The translations under genes were made by a program, and so were the position numbers. The notes below the pieces were generated by a model. The model saw only the letters and a program-made list of their open reading frames with translations. It was not told where the DNA came from and made no database searches. A stretch of DNA of 64,000 nucleotides from assembly GCA_002633005.1 (NCBI GenBank), contig NMRA01000010.1, forward strand, positions 1,990,516-2,054,515, in the 5' to 3' direction. The first letter of the stretch is position 1. Every line of letters starts with the position of its first letter. This DNA is from Phoronis australis (lineage: Eukaryota; Animalia; Phoronida). Below are positions 1-14,800 of the stretch, piece after piece.

Positions 1-2594
1 TGTGTCCGTGTGCATCAGCATGTGAACTTCTGCGCAGGGTGTTAGGCCAATATGTCTTAGGCTGAGAGAGCAATTTGAATATGAAGACTGTTGGGTAATA
101 CAAGCATGGGATTAGATATTACCATGTGTGGGCAAACTTGGTTTGCATGGTTTACAAAATGTAAGATGTTAACACACGGTGAATAAGAGGCATATATCGT
201 GTCAAAAGCTTATGGGTCTGAATAGTTATTTAAAACAAAAATTTGGAGGGAGAAATTCTCAGCATATTCTTTTTACCCGTTTTTCTGTCAGTACTGTTAC
301 ATTTTGTAATGCATGTGTCTCTTGTTTCACTATAGTATCCGGTATGTGGCTTTGTTTGATTGTTGAATTCCGCTGTTCATTGTTACATTTTAAATTGTAT
401 AGAGTCATGTAGAATGACATAAAACTGTTGGATTTCACTACATTTAACTTTTTGATTAATGTGTAGTGTTCAAAATGTTAAATGATTTCCATTGTAGTTA
501 TAGTATGATTTTTAACCCTTGTTTATCATGTTTCATTTAACTAATTGCAGGTTGTTTGTTGGTATTGTTTTTTGTTGGTTTTTTGTTGGTTTTGATTTTT
601 ATTGGTTTCTGAAGGATTGTTGATTGTTTACAATAGTTCTGCAATTTTATGCCCAAAGAGAACCAATGTAGGTCTCTTGCTAGGAATTATTATTCTCCCC
701 TTGACATTTAGTGTCGTCTGCCATGAAACTGGGCATTTAACATAATTAGCTATTTAATGTTTCTGTTAAATGTTTGTACGGATGGTTATGTAAATAGTTG
801 TAAAAAGTTCATTTAGGACAAATAATTTTTTGTTAACTAACTAGAATTTGCGCGGGATTGCCTAATCAACTGTAACACCAGCCTTCAGTTCCAAGCAAGA
901 AGACATTCAACCATTATATGTCCATGTCCCTAGCGACGGGATACCTCTGTATTTGTTTCTGTAGATATCTTGTTTTCTGTTTATTCCTTGGGCTAGGTAC
1001 ACATTTTGTTTTAATTCCTGGCATTTACTCCAGTTATGGTGTACATCTTAAATCTGCGCATAACTGCATAAAATGTTTCCATGGTCAAGATTGCTTTTTG
1101 GGTTAGCAACAAACTAAATTACACTTTCCTTGATGTGTTAAGGTACTCATTGTCAAAAGCTTTAGCCAGCTTCACTTGTGCTCTTATATTTGACTCATAA
1201 GAGATGAGGGTAGCCTGCCTCATCTCTATATAGATAGTGGTACCAGTCAAATCAAGATTTTCACAGTGCTTATTGAAATACATCTGTTTGGAACCCTTTG
1301 AGTCTAATCATGGTGTCACATTTTTTGTGCAATTAGTTATGTAGACAGCCTTCTTTTTCCATTCATTTTTGCGGGCTTTCATAAACGCAGCTGCAGTAAT
1401 GCTTTACCATAGGTTAGATTAGTTGTGATGATTTTTTCAACAGATTCCGTTTTGGGAGAGTTTAGATTTGGAACCTGCAAAATGCCTGGTTTGTATGGAA
1501 TTTCATTATCAAAGGTGTCAGAAGCTCACCCGTGACACATTGTGTTTAAGAAAGTCATTCCTGTTGTGTTTTGTTCAATTTGGGAGCCAAAGCCACCTGT
1601 CTCAGAACTAATCATTGTTACTTTTGTAGTAGTAAAATTTGTTCTGTTAGGAATTTTATGAAATGTGATTATGTGATTATGTTGGCACAAGATTTGTCTC
1701 AAACGTGTCGCAACATATGTTGATTCTATTTAGGAAGCAGTTGCAATTTTCAGCCTGCATTTCTGAAGGATTGAGTCTCAAAATAGACAATATTATCACT
1801 GCCACTAGATGGCATGTAGTACCTTGCAATAGATGGCGCTGTGTGTTACAATATGGCAGCTTCCAGTAAATAACAAATATTGCCCGTGATTTAGAAGACT
1901 TAGGTTTATAGTCAGCTCAAGTTCTTAATGTATTTTTGGAATAGAATTCTTTCACTACTAGGACTTGTAGTAAAAATACTGTACTATGATAAGTGGAATT
2001 TGACCACGTTGTTTAAGAGAGTTTTTGTTTTCACTTTGATTTGTTGTGTTGCTTTTTTGAAAGCTTTAGTTTCAGTTGATTGTTGCTTGCGTCATTGCGG
2101 CCAGTTGTTATTTGCATTTTCAATTTACTTCAATATAGGTTCCCAAAGTGTGTCATATTTTTCAGCATGCACCTTTCAAGCTTATTGTATCTCATAGACT
2201 ACAGTTGTACAATATGTGTTCATTTTGTTTACACTACTGGAGCCTCAGTCAATTGTTTGCAGGAGGGAAGTCTTACCCCTGTCAGCTTTAAGCTTAGAGG
2301 TGTCTGATCATGGGTGGCGCAGCCCCCTATGGTGCGCCACCCATGCTAATTATAATCATTCATAAGCATGTACCGAATTGATTGTCCATTAAGAATCGAG
2401 TTGTAATCGTCATGATTTTCACTGCTTTTTAAAACAGTTAAAACTTGTTTTGCATTGTTGGCATGCAGTTAGTTATCTCCACTCATATTTTGAGAATACA
2501 ATCGTAATGGGCTGTCTGCACCAGTGACTAATGAGGGGTAATAATATGTACATGCAGTATTCATCTTATCATCAACACTGTACTGATTTTGCAG

Positions 2595-2813
2595 CAAAAA
2601 CTGACCGAGATTCGCAACTGGTCGGAAAAAGTGCGCATCCTGGAAAAGAGCTTCATGACTGAAAATGGTTTCTTCCTGGTCGACTGTTCTGACATTCAGC
2701 GTAAATTAATACCGCGACTGAACCACATCTATAAAGAGCTGGTACAGGGAGTGGCGGATGAGGCGACGTCCAATAGCAAACAGTTCTGCGAGCTGATGAG
2801 CAGGATTATTAAG
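2595..2813 (+). CDS. Dynein HC exon (tail)
   Basis: ttttgcag|CAA...AAG|gtattt; QKLTEIRNWSEKVRILEKSFMTENGFFLVDCSDIQRKLIPRL; phase 0-0. Confidence 0.9.
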
Positions 2814-5800
2814 GTATTTATTTATGGAATAATTTTGAGGGTCTGGCGATCAGATGGTTTTAATACAGAAAATTAAATAAGTAAAAATTCTCCCATTGGG
2901 TAAAAGCTATTGCTCAAATTGCTGTTTTCCTGTTTATTTCATGCAATCATGCTTAAATTGTCACCATGCATGTTTGATGACAATTGCTCAGCACAAATCG
3001 TGATACACTAAAACAAAAAATTTCTTAGAGTTGCATTTTGCCCCCATTCAGCTGACAACAAAAACGCAGCAGTTTAATGTCACTTTAATGTATCTGTGAA
3101 TTGTCACTCTTGTGTCAGTTCCCTTCTCAGATCAGTCAGAGGTTAAAATGGACACTGCAAAACCTATGTGAGCAGTATGCTGTGAGCAGTACTCGAGCAC
3201 GCCTTCAGATGGCGCACTATGAGTGTTTGCGTGGGCTTGAAAGCTTACTTTTAATGAACAAACATTATTCAGTTTGTCAATTTATATTCTTTGCATAATC
3301 TACACTCTGTTATATCACGACACCACAGTAGAGAGTGCAGGTGGTGCTATCGCTTTTACACATTCCAGTTCTCTGGTCCTCAAACAAAACGCTGGTCATA
3401 GCGTGTGACTGTGTAGTTTGTGTTATTCAGTTTCATGTTGGTATTGATCATATTGTATCATAGATACTAGTTGGATATGGACTGTAGGATGACATAAAAT
3501 TTCCGTCACTAACCAACACTGTTGGTACTATTTCCAGGAAATGAAGGATAAAAAGGAGTCCATTCAACATTTTGCCACGTATGCGAAACAGGTTCATGAG
3601 AATAGAAAGAATGTGGTGGCCTACCAACAACGCGTTGAGTACATCAAGTCTCTCTTTGAGGTATGTTGGTGGTGGACATAGCGTGTGAACCCACTGTAGT
3701 TGAAAAACTTTTGAGAAGCACTAAATTACATTTTTTCAAAATAGTAACAGGTTATTGAAGACAAGGTGGAGACAAAATTTCATTGATGTTTCGATATATT
3801 AAATGCAAATCATCATCAGGATAAAGTAATCACAGAATGAATAACAGCGGAATATTTGAAATGTCAAAAAGATATTGTGTCTGTTTGTGTTCAGACATTC
3901 AGTTATTAAGCAGACACCAATTTGATAGTAAATCTCATTTGATTCTAATTTACTTTTTTGTCATTGGATGGAATTAGACTTCTGAATTTGGCCCTGGTTG
4001 AATCAAGTGAAATTAACAGTTTTACTCTTGACTTGTTGCAGCGCCACAAACAGGAGACTCAATAGCCCCATACAGCTACCTGCAAACAATGTGTAGGTTA
4101 GACCATTGGTTTCGTGGGGGCCTCCTAGTGAATATTGACCTTCACACCAATGGCTAGGTGGCACTAGAATGGAGTCTGTTGAATAATTTTTACGTGCCGG
4201 TTATTTGCTATTTTGGCATTACATGTATCCTAAAGACTTGTAGTTTTGTGAGGTGTTGTCAAGTTGAAATGAATTACAAAACGCCATGTCAACACTGCTA
4301 TGTGCCATTCAAATCAAAAACAAGCTATTTTCTTGAAACATCTTGTTTACTCACTCATGTTCAGGTGATCCGTATGAGTTATCGGCAGACGTCAGAGGAG
4401 GAAGAAAATGATGAGTCGGCCACACAGTCCATGTGGGAACTGTTTCAGTCACAGCTTCAGGAGGCTACGGAGTTCGTCAACTTTCAGACACCTCTGGTGA
4501 CTAAGGATCTCGACGACGCATACCAGGTATGAGAAGTGAACGAGAGTCTGGCGAAAACCAAGATTGGTTTGGTTGAAACATAGGTTTGTTGTGTCAAGAT
4601 TTGTAGATTTATGTTGTGTTGTTGTTACTGTTGTTGTTGTTCAAACCTCTGTCTTAGTTTAGTCGTTAGTCTTGGGTTATTTGGTTGAAAGCTTACACTG
4701 CAGTAGTTGATATTTTTTGGCTTGTGAATGTAGTCACTGTGGTGATATGGATTTTAGTTTGCTTGCAGATCATTGAGACTTGTGTTTGTGTAAATCTAAA
4801 CATTTGACAATACTTAGGATGGATGACATGTGGAATATCTCATCTGGTTTGGTTGTCTGTCAGTGTTCTTTACTGCTACCATTAGCTGAACACAACAACG
4901 TTGTACGCAAAACTGACTCTTGTTTTATGTGAAATACCATGAAGTATTTTCTGCATCTTTTTTATATGTTAGACAACGCATCCCAGGAAATCACTTTTTG
5001 AATTGTAAATCGTTCACTCCCGTCGGTACAAACCACTATAATCAAGACCGTGCATCAGTGTCCAGTTAGTGTCCAGTTATCTGTCCATTCATGTGTGGGA
5101 AGTGCGTGTGTTACACATGCGGCAGCCTGAAACATGTTAAATAGCATTACAAAGTGTAATGTCTAGTTAAAGGGCCAATAAACTTGTGTCTTCCGTCTAC
5201 TTTCTCAAAGAGTTAGTGCCCTGGCATCCAGAGGGCGACAGAGGGTCAGGTCCACATGGCTGTTGTGTGATCCCCTCACTAGGTATTTGACAGCCCCTTC
5301 AGATCCTGATACATTCAGATGCCCCTTCAATTGCTCACAGTTGAGTCACATTTTGTGAATTATTCTGCATGGTACATGCTTAGTATCAGCTTACATTTAG
5401 ATCAACTGCTTCAGTCTTTTAGTTGCAGTTTTGGTTTTGCTGACTGAAATAGTTGAGCACACGTAGCTGTAGTTTGCACCAGAGTATTTCAAATAGGTCT
5501 GCTATTGCCTGTGCACGTTTGTATCGTCTGATTTGCGTGTGCTTAAAGGAGAAAGAAAGGAAAAAAGACATCGCAAAGACTGCTAAGAAACCGTCGGAGC
5601 TGATGGTAAACAGCAAGAATCTTGCTTCAGCTGTTAACTTTCTCATCGCTTCAATAATGAACGCTGATGATCTTTCTTTCAGATTATGATTTGAAGGATT
5701 TATGCTTACTCATAACAATATGCTGTGTGAATAGAGGATGATTTTTCAACAAACTGACTTTGGCTTTCAAACAGTTATTAGCTGTAAAATTTCTCTACTG

Positions 5801-8800
5801 TTTTGGACAGAATATGATGAGACAAGTGAAATTATTACTTTCTCATTTTTCATAGATTAAAGTTTTGTAGCACCAATTTAATGATTTGCATTGTTCAAGT
5901 TATGTACCTTAACCACCAACAGTTAACATTTTGATGAATTGTGGGTTTTCACAACAATGAAGTTATTGTTCATTGGTCACATTCATCCAAACTGTAGTCT
6001 GGTGAAGTGGAAACTGTACAAGAAGGAGATTCGCTAAGTAGAAGCAAAGGGTTGAATTAGGGAACAAATGGGTTTAATGACTGGTTTTAAGCCATGTGAA
6101 GGTTGACTCTGTTACCTTGCTTGAATTATGTAACATAACAATTATAGACTGAGATGGATTCACTTTTAACCTGGTTTGTTAACTCTTTAATGTCTACTTG
6201 ATAGGTGTGTGGCAGGAATTTACAGGTGAATATAACCTGCAGTCTAACTGACAACAATAATTGCACTTTTTCATTATAGCATACAACATTCTTTTTGCAT
6301 CTCGTTTGATGAATCTGCAACATGTTACACTCAAGTTGAGCTGTATAGCTTAACTGAATCATTCATAAATCCTTGTTGATCTAAAACATGTTTCATTTTT
6401 TAAAATGTATCAGCACTGGTGTCTATAACAAAATAATTAGTTATAGTTATGAATATGTAAATCTTAAAGCAGCACGGAAATATAGTTTGCAAACATTTTA
6501 AGTCTGGTCAGCATGCCACCTGTTGGCCACATCATGTTATATTTGTTAGGTCACGTGATGTGGTCAACAGGTGGCGTGCAGACCAGACTTAAAAATGTTT
6601 GCGATACTTATAACCACGTGTGAATTAATCTCCTGGTATCATTGATTGGAGATAATTGAAATGTCTTTGATAAAGTAAATTATGAAACAAATTGTAATTA
6701 TAGGATTAAAACTAGAATATTCCACCTCCAAGTTGTCTGCAATCGCAGCAGTATTATATGTTTTTAATGTTCTCTGGTGCAATGGATACCTGTGGTTTTA
6801 TTCACGCATTCAGGAACAAATTTATGTGTAACTGTCTTGTGTCGACTGAGAGACTGAATATTCTGTAACTGTATTAATTGAACTAATTACTGTTGACATA
6901 ACTGTCTTGTGTTGAGAAATTAATGTGTTTGTGGTCATGAAGATTGATGTTCATTCCCAAATAATTGTTACTGCTTAATTCCAGGTCAATTATCATCTGT
7001 TGTTTTCAGAAGACTAACCCTTGCTTATTTGCCTACTTTCAGAAACTGGAGAAAGAGGCATATCAGTTGTGTGACCATATGACCCAGGGGGTCTACCTTG
7101 ACCCAACTCAGAAACCCTCCAAGCTCATAGCATCAATGAAGCTGGTAGGGAACATTTTAATCAATATTTAAATGTTATTCTCATCTACATTTCCTTGATT
7201 ATGCTCATGGTCTGGGTTTATCGTGATGAAAGCAGTGATCATTTCTAAATATAGTCTTGCTTCTTAAAGCTTAACTTTAACACAGAGTTTTGTTATTTTA
7301 TGTCTATTGGTCTAACCAGATAGCAAAGTCTTAGCACAATAAGTAAACAAGAATTTAAACCACATGCAAATGATAGTTGAAGCTGCCTTTTGGTACGATG
7401 TTGCATCACCACGAGGTCCCAGCCCAAACAACAAAAGGCTGATAACAGTTGTATTGAATAGGGGTCTGAATAGAACACTATAATTGCGTGTCGGTGTTAT
7501 TCGCAGCTCTTTGAATTAAAAGGTGATTCTCGTGACATAGACAGAAGCAACCCAATATGTTTAACTGTTCGTTACATTTGGCAATTTGTGGCACTAGTGG
7601 GCTCAAAGCGATGCTCTTAAATGTAGGAACCAAATTTATGTTTTCAAATCTGTTGTGGTCATGCTTGCTGACGACTTAAACTTTAAATCACCTGTAACTG
7701 TGTTATATTTTATTGGTCATTTTTCTGATGCAGGTGCAGGCACAGTTTTCAGACGTCAAGCGCAAACTGGAGGAAGTCAGTAAATGGAAGCATTCGATAA
7801 CCAACAAGTCGCACAAGCTGTCGTTTTTAGATGAACTCTCCAAAAAGATGGACATACGACAAGAGTTGTGGAAGTACGTGGATGTGACGGAAAATGCGAT
7901 CATGGAGTGGAAGAGACTGTCATTTAAAAAGGTCAGTCTTTGTGTGGTGGTAGGGTTTGACTTATGCCGGCCTAATTTTTGATCCACTGCTCATAAGTTT
8001 AGGGGTCAAAATATAATACGTAAAACTATCATTTAAAAGTTAATGTTGTTGTCAGTGTCGAATTCTAATCCAAAATGCTTCAGGACTTAAAACATTTTAA
8101 AACACTCACCCGGTTCTGAATTGCCAGCAAATGAGGTGGCGACTCAAGTCACACAAAATGTGTGCATGCGGCATTTTTGAGTTTGCAATCGTCATCAACC
8201 CCCAAAAAGTAATTGAGTCCTATTGTCTTTCGTATTCTTATTGGTAATGGAAATCAAGTCCTGTAATGGTAAGGAATATGGTGAGACTGATTGTATGAGT
8301 CTAAGTGGTTGATTTCATTTTTTGATTTTTGGCAGCTTAATACTGAGAGGAAATGCAATGTTTTAAAAACAGGAATACTTCTTGTGCAAATAAGCATAAC
8401 AGAGTCTCAAGAAAACAATTACCTGGACCTCATGGTTGAGATTTACTGTGATGTGTGTCTCCCTCTGGTGTCTATAAGGAAACCTTTTGGATACCCCTTG
8501 CTCTGTTATACACAATCAAGTCATTTCAAGACTGGCAGTATCAGATTTGGTGAGGTAGCAAGACTGACTGTTACATCTTAATACCAAGCGTATAAGACAT
8601 CCATTGTCCACATAAACCAGTTTGATTCTGATGCAACTTCTCTCATCCTCAGATCAACGTACAGAAGATTCTTGACAAGATCATGGAGTGGCAGGCGACG
8701 GCTGGTCACATGAAAGACCACCTACCTGATGGGGACAAGGTGCTGGCTCACTGGTTCAAGATGTTGACCGACTTCAAGCAGCATCTACCTATGCTGCACA

Positions 8801-11800
8801 AACTGTCACACGAGGCTCTCAAGGTAGGGGCTCCAATGAACTTACTATTTTTGGACCGTTTGAGATGTTAACTGACTTTGGATGGCATCTAATCATGATG
8901 CATTGACTGTCTTATGAGGCTCTTCCATTATTGGGATATTAACTGCAAGGATATTTCGACTTGTGCAAAGGTGGTTGACAAAGTATACTGTTATAATCTA
9001 GCGCTCCACGTAGTCATCCAGTCACCTTTGGTGGCAGAGACATTTTGCAAGTGTTTTACTTGTGAAGTCGGTTGCTAACTCAAGAAACTGTTGGCAAGAC
9101 TTTGCACTTCACGTGCATTATCTCATCAAACTCGCAAGACAGCACACCTTAGTGAATGGACACCAGGTTTCACCTACAAAATAAATCTGATATTATTACA
9201 TAGTTGTTCAGTCTCTACCATTAGACTCCTCATTACAGAACAGTAGTGAACAATGTAAGTGTTTTTAACTTGTGATGAATAATTGCACCAAACACTGTCT
9301 GATGTATTAACCTCATTTTCAAATCTCATTCACCAGGCTCGGCATTGGAGGTCAATATTTGTTGGCTTTGGTGAGATCTACGACCCGAGCTGGGACTTCA
9401 CTGTTGACGATTTGTTATCCTTTGATCTCGCCAAACACTCACTGTTGATTAACAGTGTCCACCAGGGGGCGAAGGCAGAGTTCGCTCTCGAGAAACAGCT
9501 GGTAAAACTGCGACGGATGTGGGAAGAGAAAGAGTTCAAACTGGCCAAGCACATACCTGATAGTGTTTACTCAGGTGAGAGAACATTCACAGGATATACT
9601 TTGGTAAACAACATACAACCAAATATCAGATTGTATACCGACCCATGTATTGGTGCTTATTTCCCTTATTCTCAACATGGGGTATCCTTGTCAGAACAAA
9701 CTCTTGACATCTGTGTTTTGAGTACCTATTTTTCCAACAAAAAACAATTGAAGCTGCATGTTGCCCTCTTGATCTGGCTACAATATGAAAATCGACTTGA
9801 GCTGGATTGCTGCTACTCCATGGCTGACATCACATTCAAACCATCATAGAATCAAAACAAGATTTATTTCTTTAATAATGAACACAAAAGGCAAGCTTGT
9901 GCTGCCACATTTTCTCAATACACAACAGATTGTCAAGTGGTAACGTGGTGAATGATTACGTGTGGCCTGGATAATAGTGCAATCTAGAGGACGGGGAGGC
10001 AATGTTTGTTTAAAAAGCATCATGTCTAATCGTATACACTGTAAAATGGTATTTCTGCCAAGTGAAAATGTTATCCAATGGCACCAGCTGCGATGAAGAA
10101 GTACTACCAGCTGCAGCCAGGTGGCGATAACAGTCACTGGTCCTGCATTGTAGCCCTCCTTGCTTTCTAAAATTCGCTCATTTCTCCTTAAAATAACAAA
10201 TGACATTGTGTTTGCAGGCCAGCAACTTCCATCGTCGCTGACTGGTGGCAAGAAATTGAAGCGATTTGAGAAGTACCGTCTCGAGAAGGCTCTGGCCAAC
10301 ACTCCCAAGGGCCTGGATGTGAGGGATGATGACCTATATGTGTTGATAGGGGTGGAAGAGCTCAAATATCTACTGCAGGTAGGTGGCGCATGCCGATCCG
10401 GGACCCCAGTCAGCCACTGAATACCAGTTTCCATTAATCGTCATATAATTGAGAAAATATTTTCTTGCACTAGAACGTACTACGCTCATCTGTCATTTTA
10501 TGCCAAGTTGGCTGTCGTTTAGTTGTCTCTACCTCATTGGATCTGTGAATTGATTATGTAAATGTTTACATGTAAGCAGCTTAAGGCATTTGCTACTCTG
10601 AACACAGTAGTCTGCTCTTATGTACATAAATATGTCAATTTGGATGAGAGACCCCAGTGCATAGTTCTGTTTTAAAATAATGTTCATTGCGCTATGCTTT
10701 TTTTCTTTTATTTCGTTTCTCTTTTTATCTCTTTTCTTTTCATTTTTCTTTTTTTCCTCTTTTTATCTTTTTTCTCCTTTTTCCTTTTTTTTCTGTTTTT
10801 TTTTTACTTTTTTCTCTTTCTTTTCCTTTTCCTTTTTTTTCTTTTTTCTTTTTTCCTTTTCCTTTTTTCTTTCTTTTTCTTTTTTCCTTTTCTTTTTTGA
10901 GGTAAAGCATTTATTAATCCAACCAGCCAGTCCATAGTTGTACAGCAATATGAAATCTAGTCAAGTATATCAAACAGATAGAAATATTATCGAACCCTAT
11001 AAAACTTAGTTGCTAGGCAAAAAAGAAGACCACCTTGCCTGGAATCTCTCAGGAGCCAATTTATGTTTGTAAATAATTTTTTCCAGGTTGTGGTAATCAC
11101 AAACATCCTGTAAAAATGACTGGACATTGGGCTTACCGTTTTGCTGTCTTTGCCTATATATAAATAAATGAAATTTCGCTAATCAAAAAATTAAATTTAC
11201 AACTTCCAATCTACAGGCTGGATCTCCAAACAAGGCGGTAGACATTTAACTGCAGAGGAAAATTACATTGGTTTATCGTCCATGTTTTTGAACATCTCCA
11301 AAAATTCTGAACAAGTAAACATTCCCAATACAATTAAATGTAGAATTGTTTCTTTGTTTTAGTAAGAGTTTGTACACTGCGCTATGCTCACTCTGTCTCA
11401 CATTTGTGTGATTTTCCTGCTTTATATGAAATCCTGATTTCTTTGAATGTTTTTATTCGTTATATTTTGGTGATGATCATGTACAGCCAATTTCACTTGT
11501 TCGTCATATATTTTCCACGTTTTATGATTTTGAGACAAATTTGTGTTGTGTTCACAACCACTAGGTGGAGCATTTCATCTAGCAATGAAAGGATGGCCAG
11601 TTTATTTTTTCAGAAATCACAAAATTTTTATTCACCATCTTTCGTTCATATTTGAGATAGATGATAATTCTGTTGATCTTGCATTGTACAGGACAGTCAG
11701 CTAACTCTCAAGTCTATGTTGTCATCGCCATATTTGGCCGACCTGCGCAGTGAAACTGAGGCTTGGACGGATGCACTGAGGCAGATAGAAGAAATCATTG

Positions 11801-14800
11801 ATCTCTGGTCCACCTGTCAGACCAAGGTGTGTCAGTAGTTCTCTTAAATTTTTCACCATTATGATAATAATTCTTCAGTTTAGGATAAAAATAGGTGCTA
11901 AAATTGTGATCAGCTTGTGAGTCTTGTTACATCACTGCAAACGTGGTTTGGTGAGAGTGAAGTTTTCTGAAATGAGAATTGTAATTTGGTAAAAGAAATT
12001 TCACATGTCAGCCATAGTGTGTCCCAAACTGAAGAATGTTTAGCGCGTGTTGTTTTATTTTCACCTTTAAGTGTTAAAATGCTTTTTCAGAGAAGTTCTT
12101 GTCTTAGCCTTTAAAAATGGCAATTCCTTCCTTTCTCTGATATCAACGTGTTGAATTGATTTCTTTCATTTTTTGAAAGCTATAATTATATTAATTTTTG
12201 GTAAACATACCATGACTCAAGATCAAGTTAGAAATGACGCATAAGAGCCTGTTGTAGAAGAATTTTAAGTTAGTATCTTGTAATTTTGTTTAGCTTTGTG
12301 GAATATGAAAAGGTCAGTTTTCTGAGGTGTTTTTATCTTTTACAGTGGCTGTACCTTCTGAAAGTGTTTGAAGATGCTGAGATTTACAGAGCTATGGCTA
12401 AAGATTGCTTCACATTTATAGATGTCAATGAAAAGCTCAAGGTAAATACACGACTGTGATTTTGTTACTATTTGTAATGAATAAAACATTTTGTTAAAAA
12501 ATTGATATTTGTTTATGGTAATTTGTCAAACTTCATGGGATTTATTTTTCAAAATTAAAATACAATATTGTACGAAGCCATGTAGTTTTTGTAGCTACCC
12601 ATAACATTTCTTTAAAAGTATCAATTAAGCACAAAATATGCTAGTTGCTGGAGACAACGGAGCTTTTTCAGTCATCAAGGATTCAGACAGTGTAATGATT
12701 AGGTTGGAAATGGACAACCATTTAAAAATTTATTTGTCTGAAACGCGAAAGGACTTCACGATGGTTGACAATTAACTTAAGGTTATTGTTTTACTGTCGA
12801 AGTACATTGTTTTAGGAATACCAGATTGACATGGTGCTTTCAATAATGGTTCTGTACTTGGTATCTTAAACAGGAAGTTATGGCCGCTGTCATCAAAGAT
12901 CCACTCATCACTTCTGTCCTCCAAAAGAGGAGAGCAGACAAGTCTTACAGGCCTCACCAGGGAGAGAACCTGCGTATACTGTTTGTCAATCTGATCAAGA
13001 CCCAGGTGGGGTTCAGGAGAGTTACTTTTAGTCACTCAATTAACACAGTCTTGATTTTTTCGTGTTCAGTCAACCAATGATTTAATAGTCGTGCAGCATT
13101 CTGCAGTAAAGTTGCATTAGTTACTGTTTGGTGTTAAATCTGTAGAAGACAATCATGCAAGACTTGTTTCATTGATAGTGTAAGCATATAAAATATTTTT
13201 ACAGTGGCTCCATTTGCATCTGAAGAAGCTATTTCCAATGCTGAATTAAGTCTTAATTGTTGGTTCCATTCCAGAGCAATTTGTTGAAAATTTTTGTCGA
13301 AATTCGTGTATAGTATCAATGAAGATTTTCGAATTTCTATTTGCGACAGTGTTCTGTGATGTATGTATGACCTATTATAAGTTACATAAGGCTTTTAAAT
13401 ACCTTATGTATGTGTCTCTAATTCATTTTGTGTTAACTTCCTGATTTTCAAAATTATGCTGCATATCTCTTCAGGAGACAATCCTTCAAAATTTAAAGAA
13501 GCTACTGAACAGCACTCGGGCAGAATTTCCACGTCTCTTCTTCCTTTCGGATGACGAAGTGGTGAAGCTATTGTCCATCTCGCGCAACCCTAAAGCTCTC
13601 CTACCGACTGTCAGGAAGTGTTTCCATGGCATCCAGTCTCTTACGTACTCTCTGCCACCAGATGACTCCAATATGAACTCGCCTCTGGATTTTACACTCA
13701 ATGGTAATGAAACTCATGTTGGTTTTCATGGAAAGATGGTACATGCGTTGACTTTCTGCTTACATGGAGTTTACATTTGTGAGATACTCATGCCTCTGTC
13801 ATATGGAGCTTCTGGCACCAATTCAATGAGTTTACGGCAGAAAATGTTCACATCACCCAACAGTAGGAAGATTATTGGGAGCGTTGACCGAGTTCTGACA
13901 TTCAAAATCGCCAATTTCAACTACTGACTAGATGAAAAATCACTGTATAGAACTTATAGCTTGAAGCAGCTAAGCGTCACCCACAATTTATGACCAACGC
14001 TTGAATTCTAAACCGATTTTTCATTGTGTTTTTCAAAAGATATTGACTATCACAAGTGACCAAATCACACTACGACACAGTTTGTCGTAGTCAGCATGCC
14101 ACCCGATAAGTTATCATTTGACTTTGCTGCTCATAAAATAAATCAAGTCTTTTAGCACATAGCACATAGCAAATGAACGATATCAACATATTGCCTGTCA
14201 TTTGTTTCAGTCAGCTCGTGAGGTCAGCAACAGCAAGCACTGAATGTGCTGCAAGCTTTCAAGAATCATTTACGTGTTTAAAAAAATTATAGTATTAATT
14301 GCTTCACAAGTTCAGTGCACTCACTGCGCCTTTGTTTAAGTCATGTGACCTGGTGCTGGGTCTGCATGCTCTTTGATACTTTTGACTTTAAAGCCTGTCT
14401 TCAACGGTAACACATGTAAATTTGGTTCCTACAGTTTAGAGCATATCACTCTGAGCCCACTAGTGCCACCTGCACGCAATGGTGTTCTATTCAGATCCCT
14501 ATTCAATACAACCTTTTGTTGCTTGTGCTGGGATCTCGCGGTGACGCAACATGGCTCGAAAAGGCAAGCTTCACTTATCATTTGACGGGCTTACATTTGC
14601 GTGATTGAACTCACGTTTTCTTATTTTACTAAGGCTTTTCTAGGACTATCTGGTTAGCCTAATACACCTAAAGTAATAAAATTCCGTTGAAGTTAGGCTT
14701 TAAGTAGTGATGAACTGATGGGTGATAACATGGAAAAGTAATCAGTTATGACCAAAAAACCTAGTGGTTGAGCCTAATACAAACAGTCATTATGTATTGA

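Noticed and set aside
1444-1488. Possible 45-nt exon (IPFWESLDLEPAKCL) upstream of the first called exon
   Set aside because: Weak donor (gtttgt), no recognisable dynein motif, and the upstream phase cannot be checked in this window.
9844-10434. 196-aa minus-strand ORF and similar antisense ORFs (32980, 45293, 48055, 57676)
   Set aside because: Shadows of plus-strand exons, with no recognisable domain or exon chain on the minus strand.
10680-10948. Phe-rich and Lys-rich ORFs
   Set aside because: Translations of a T/C low-complexity tract.
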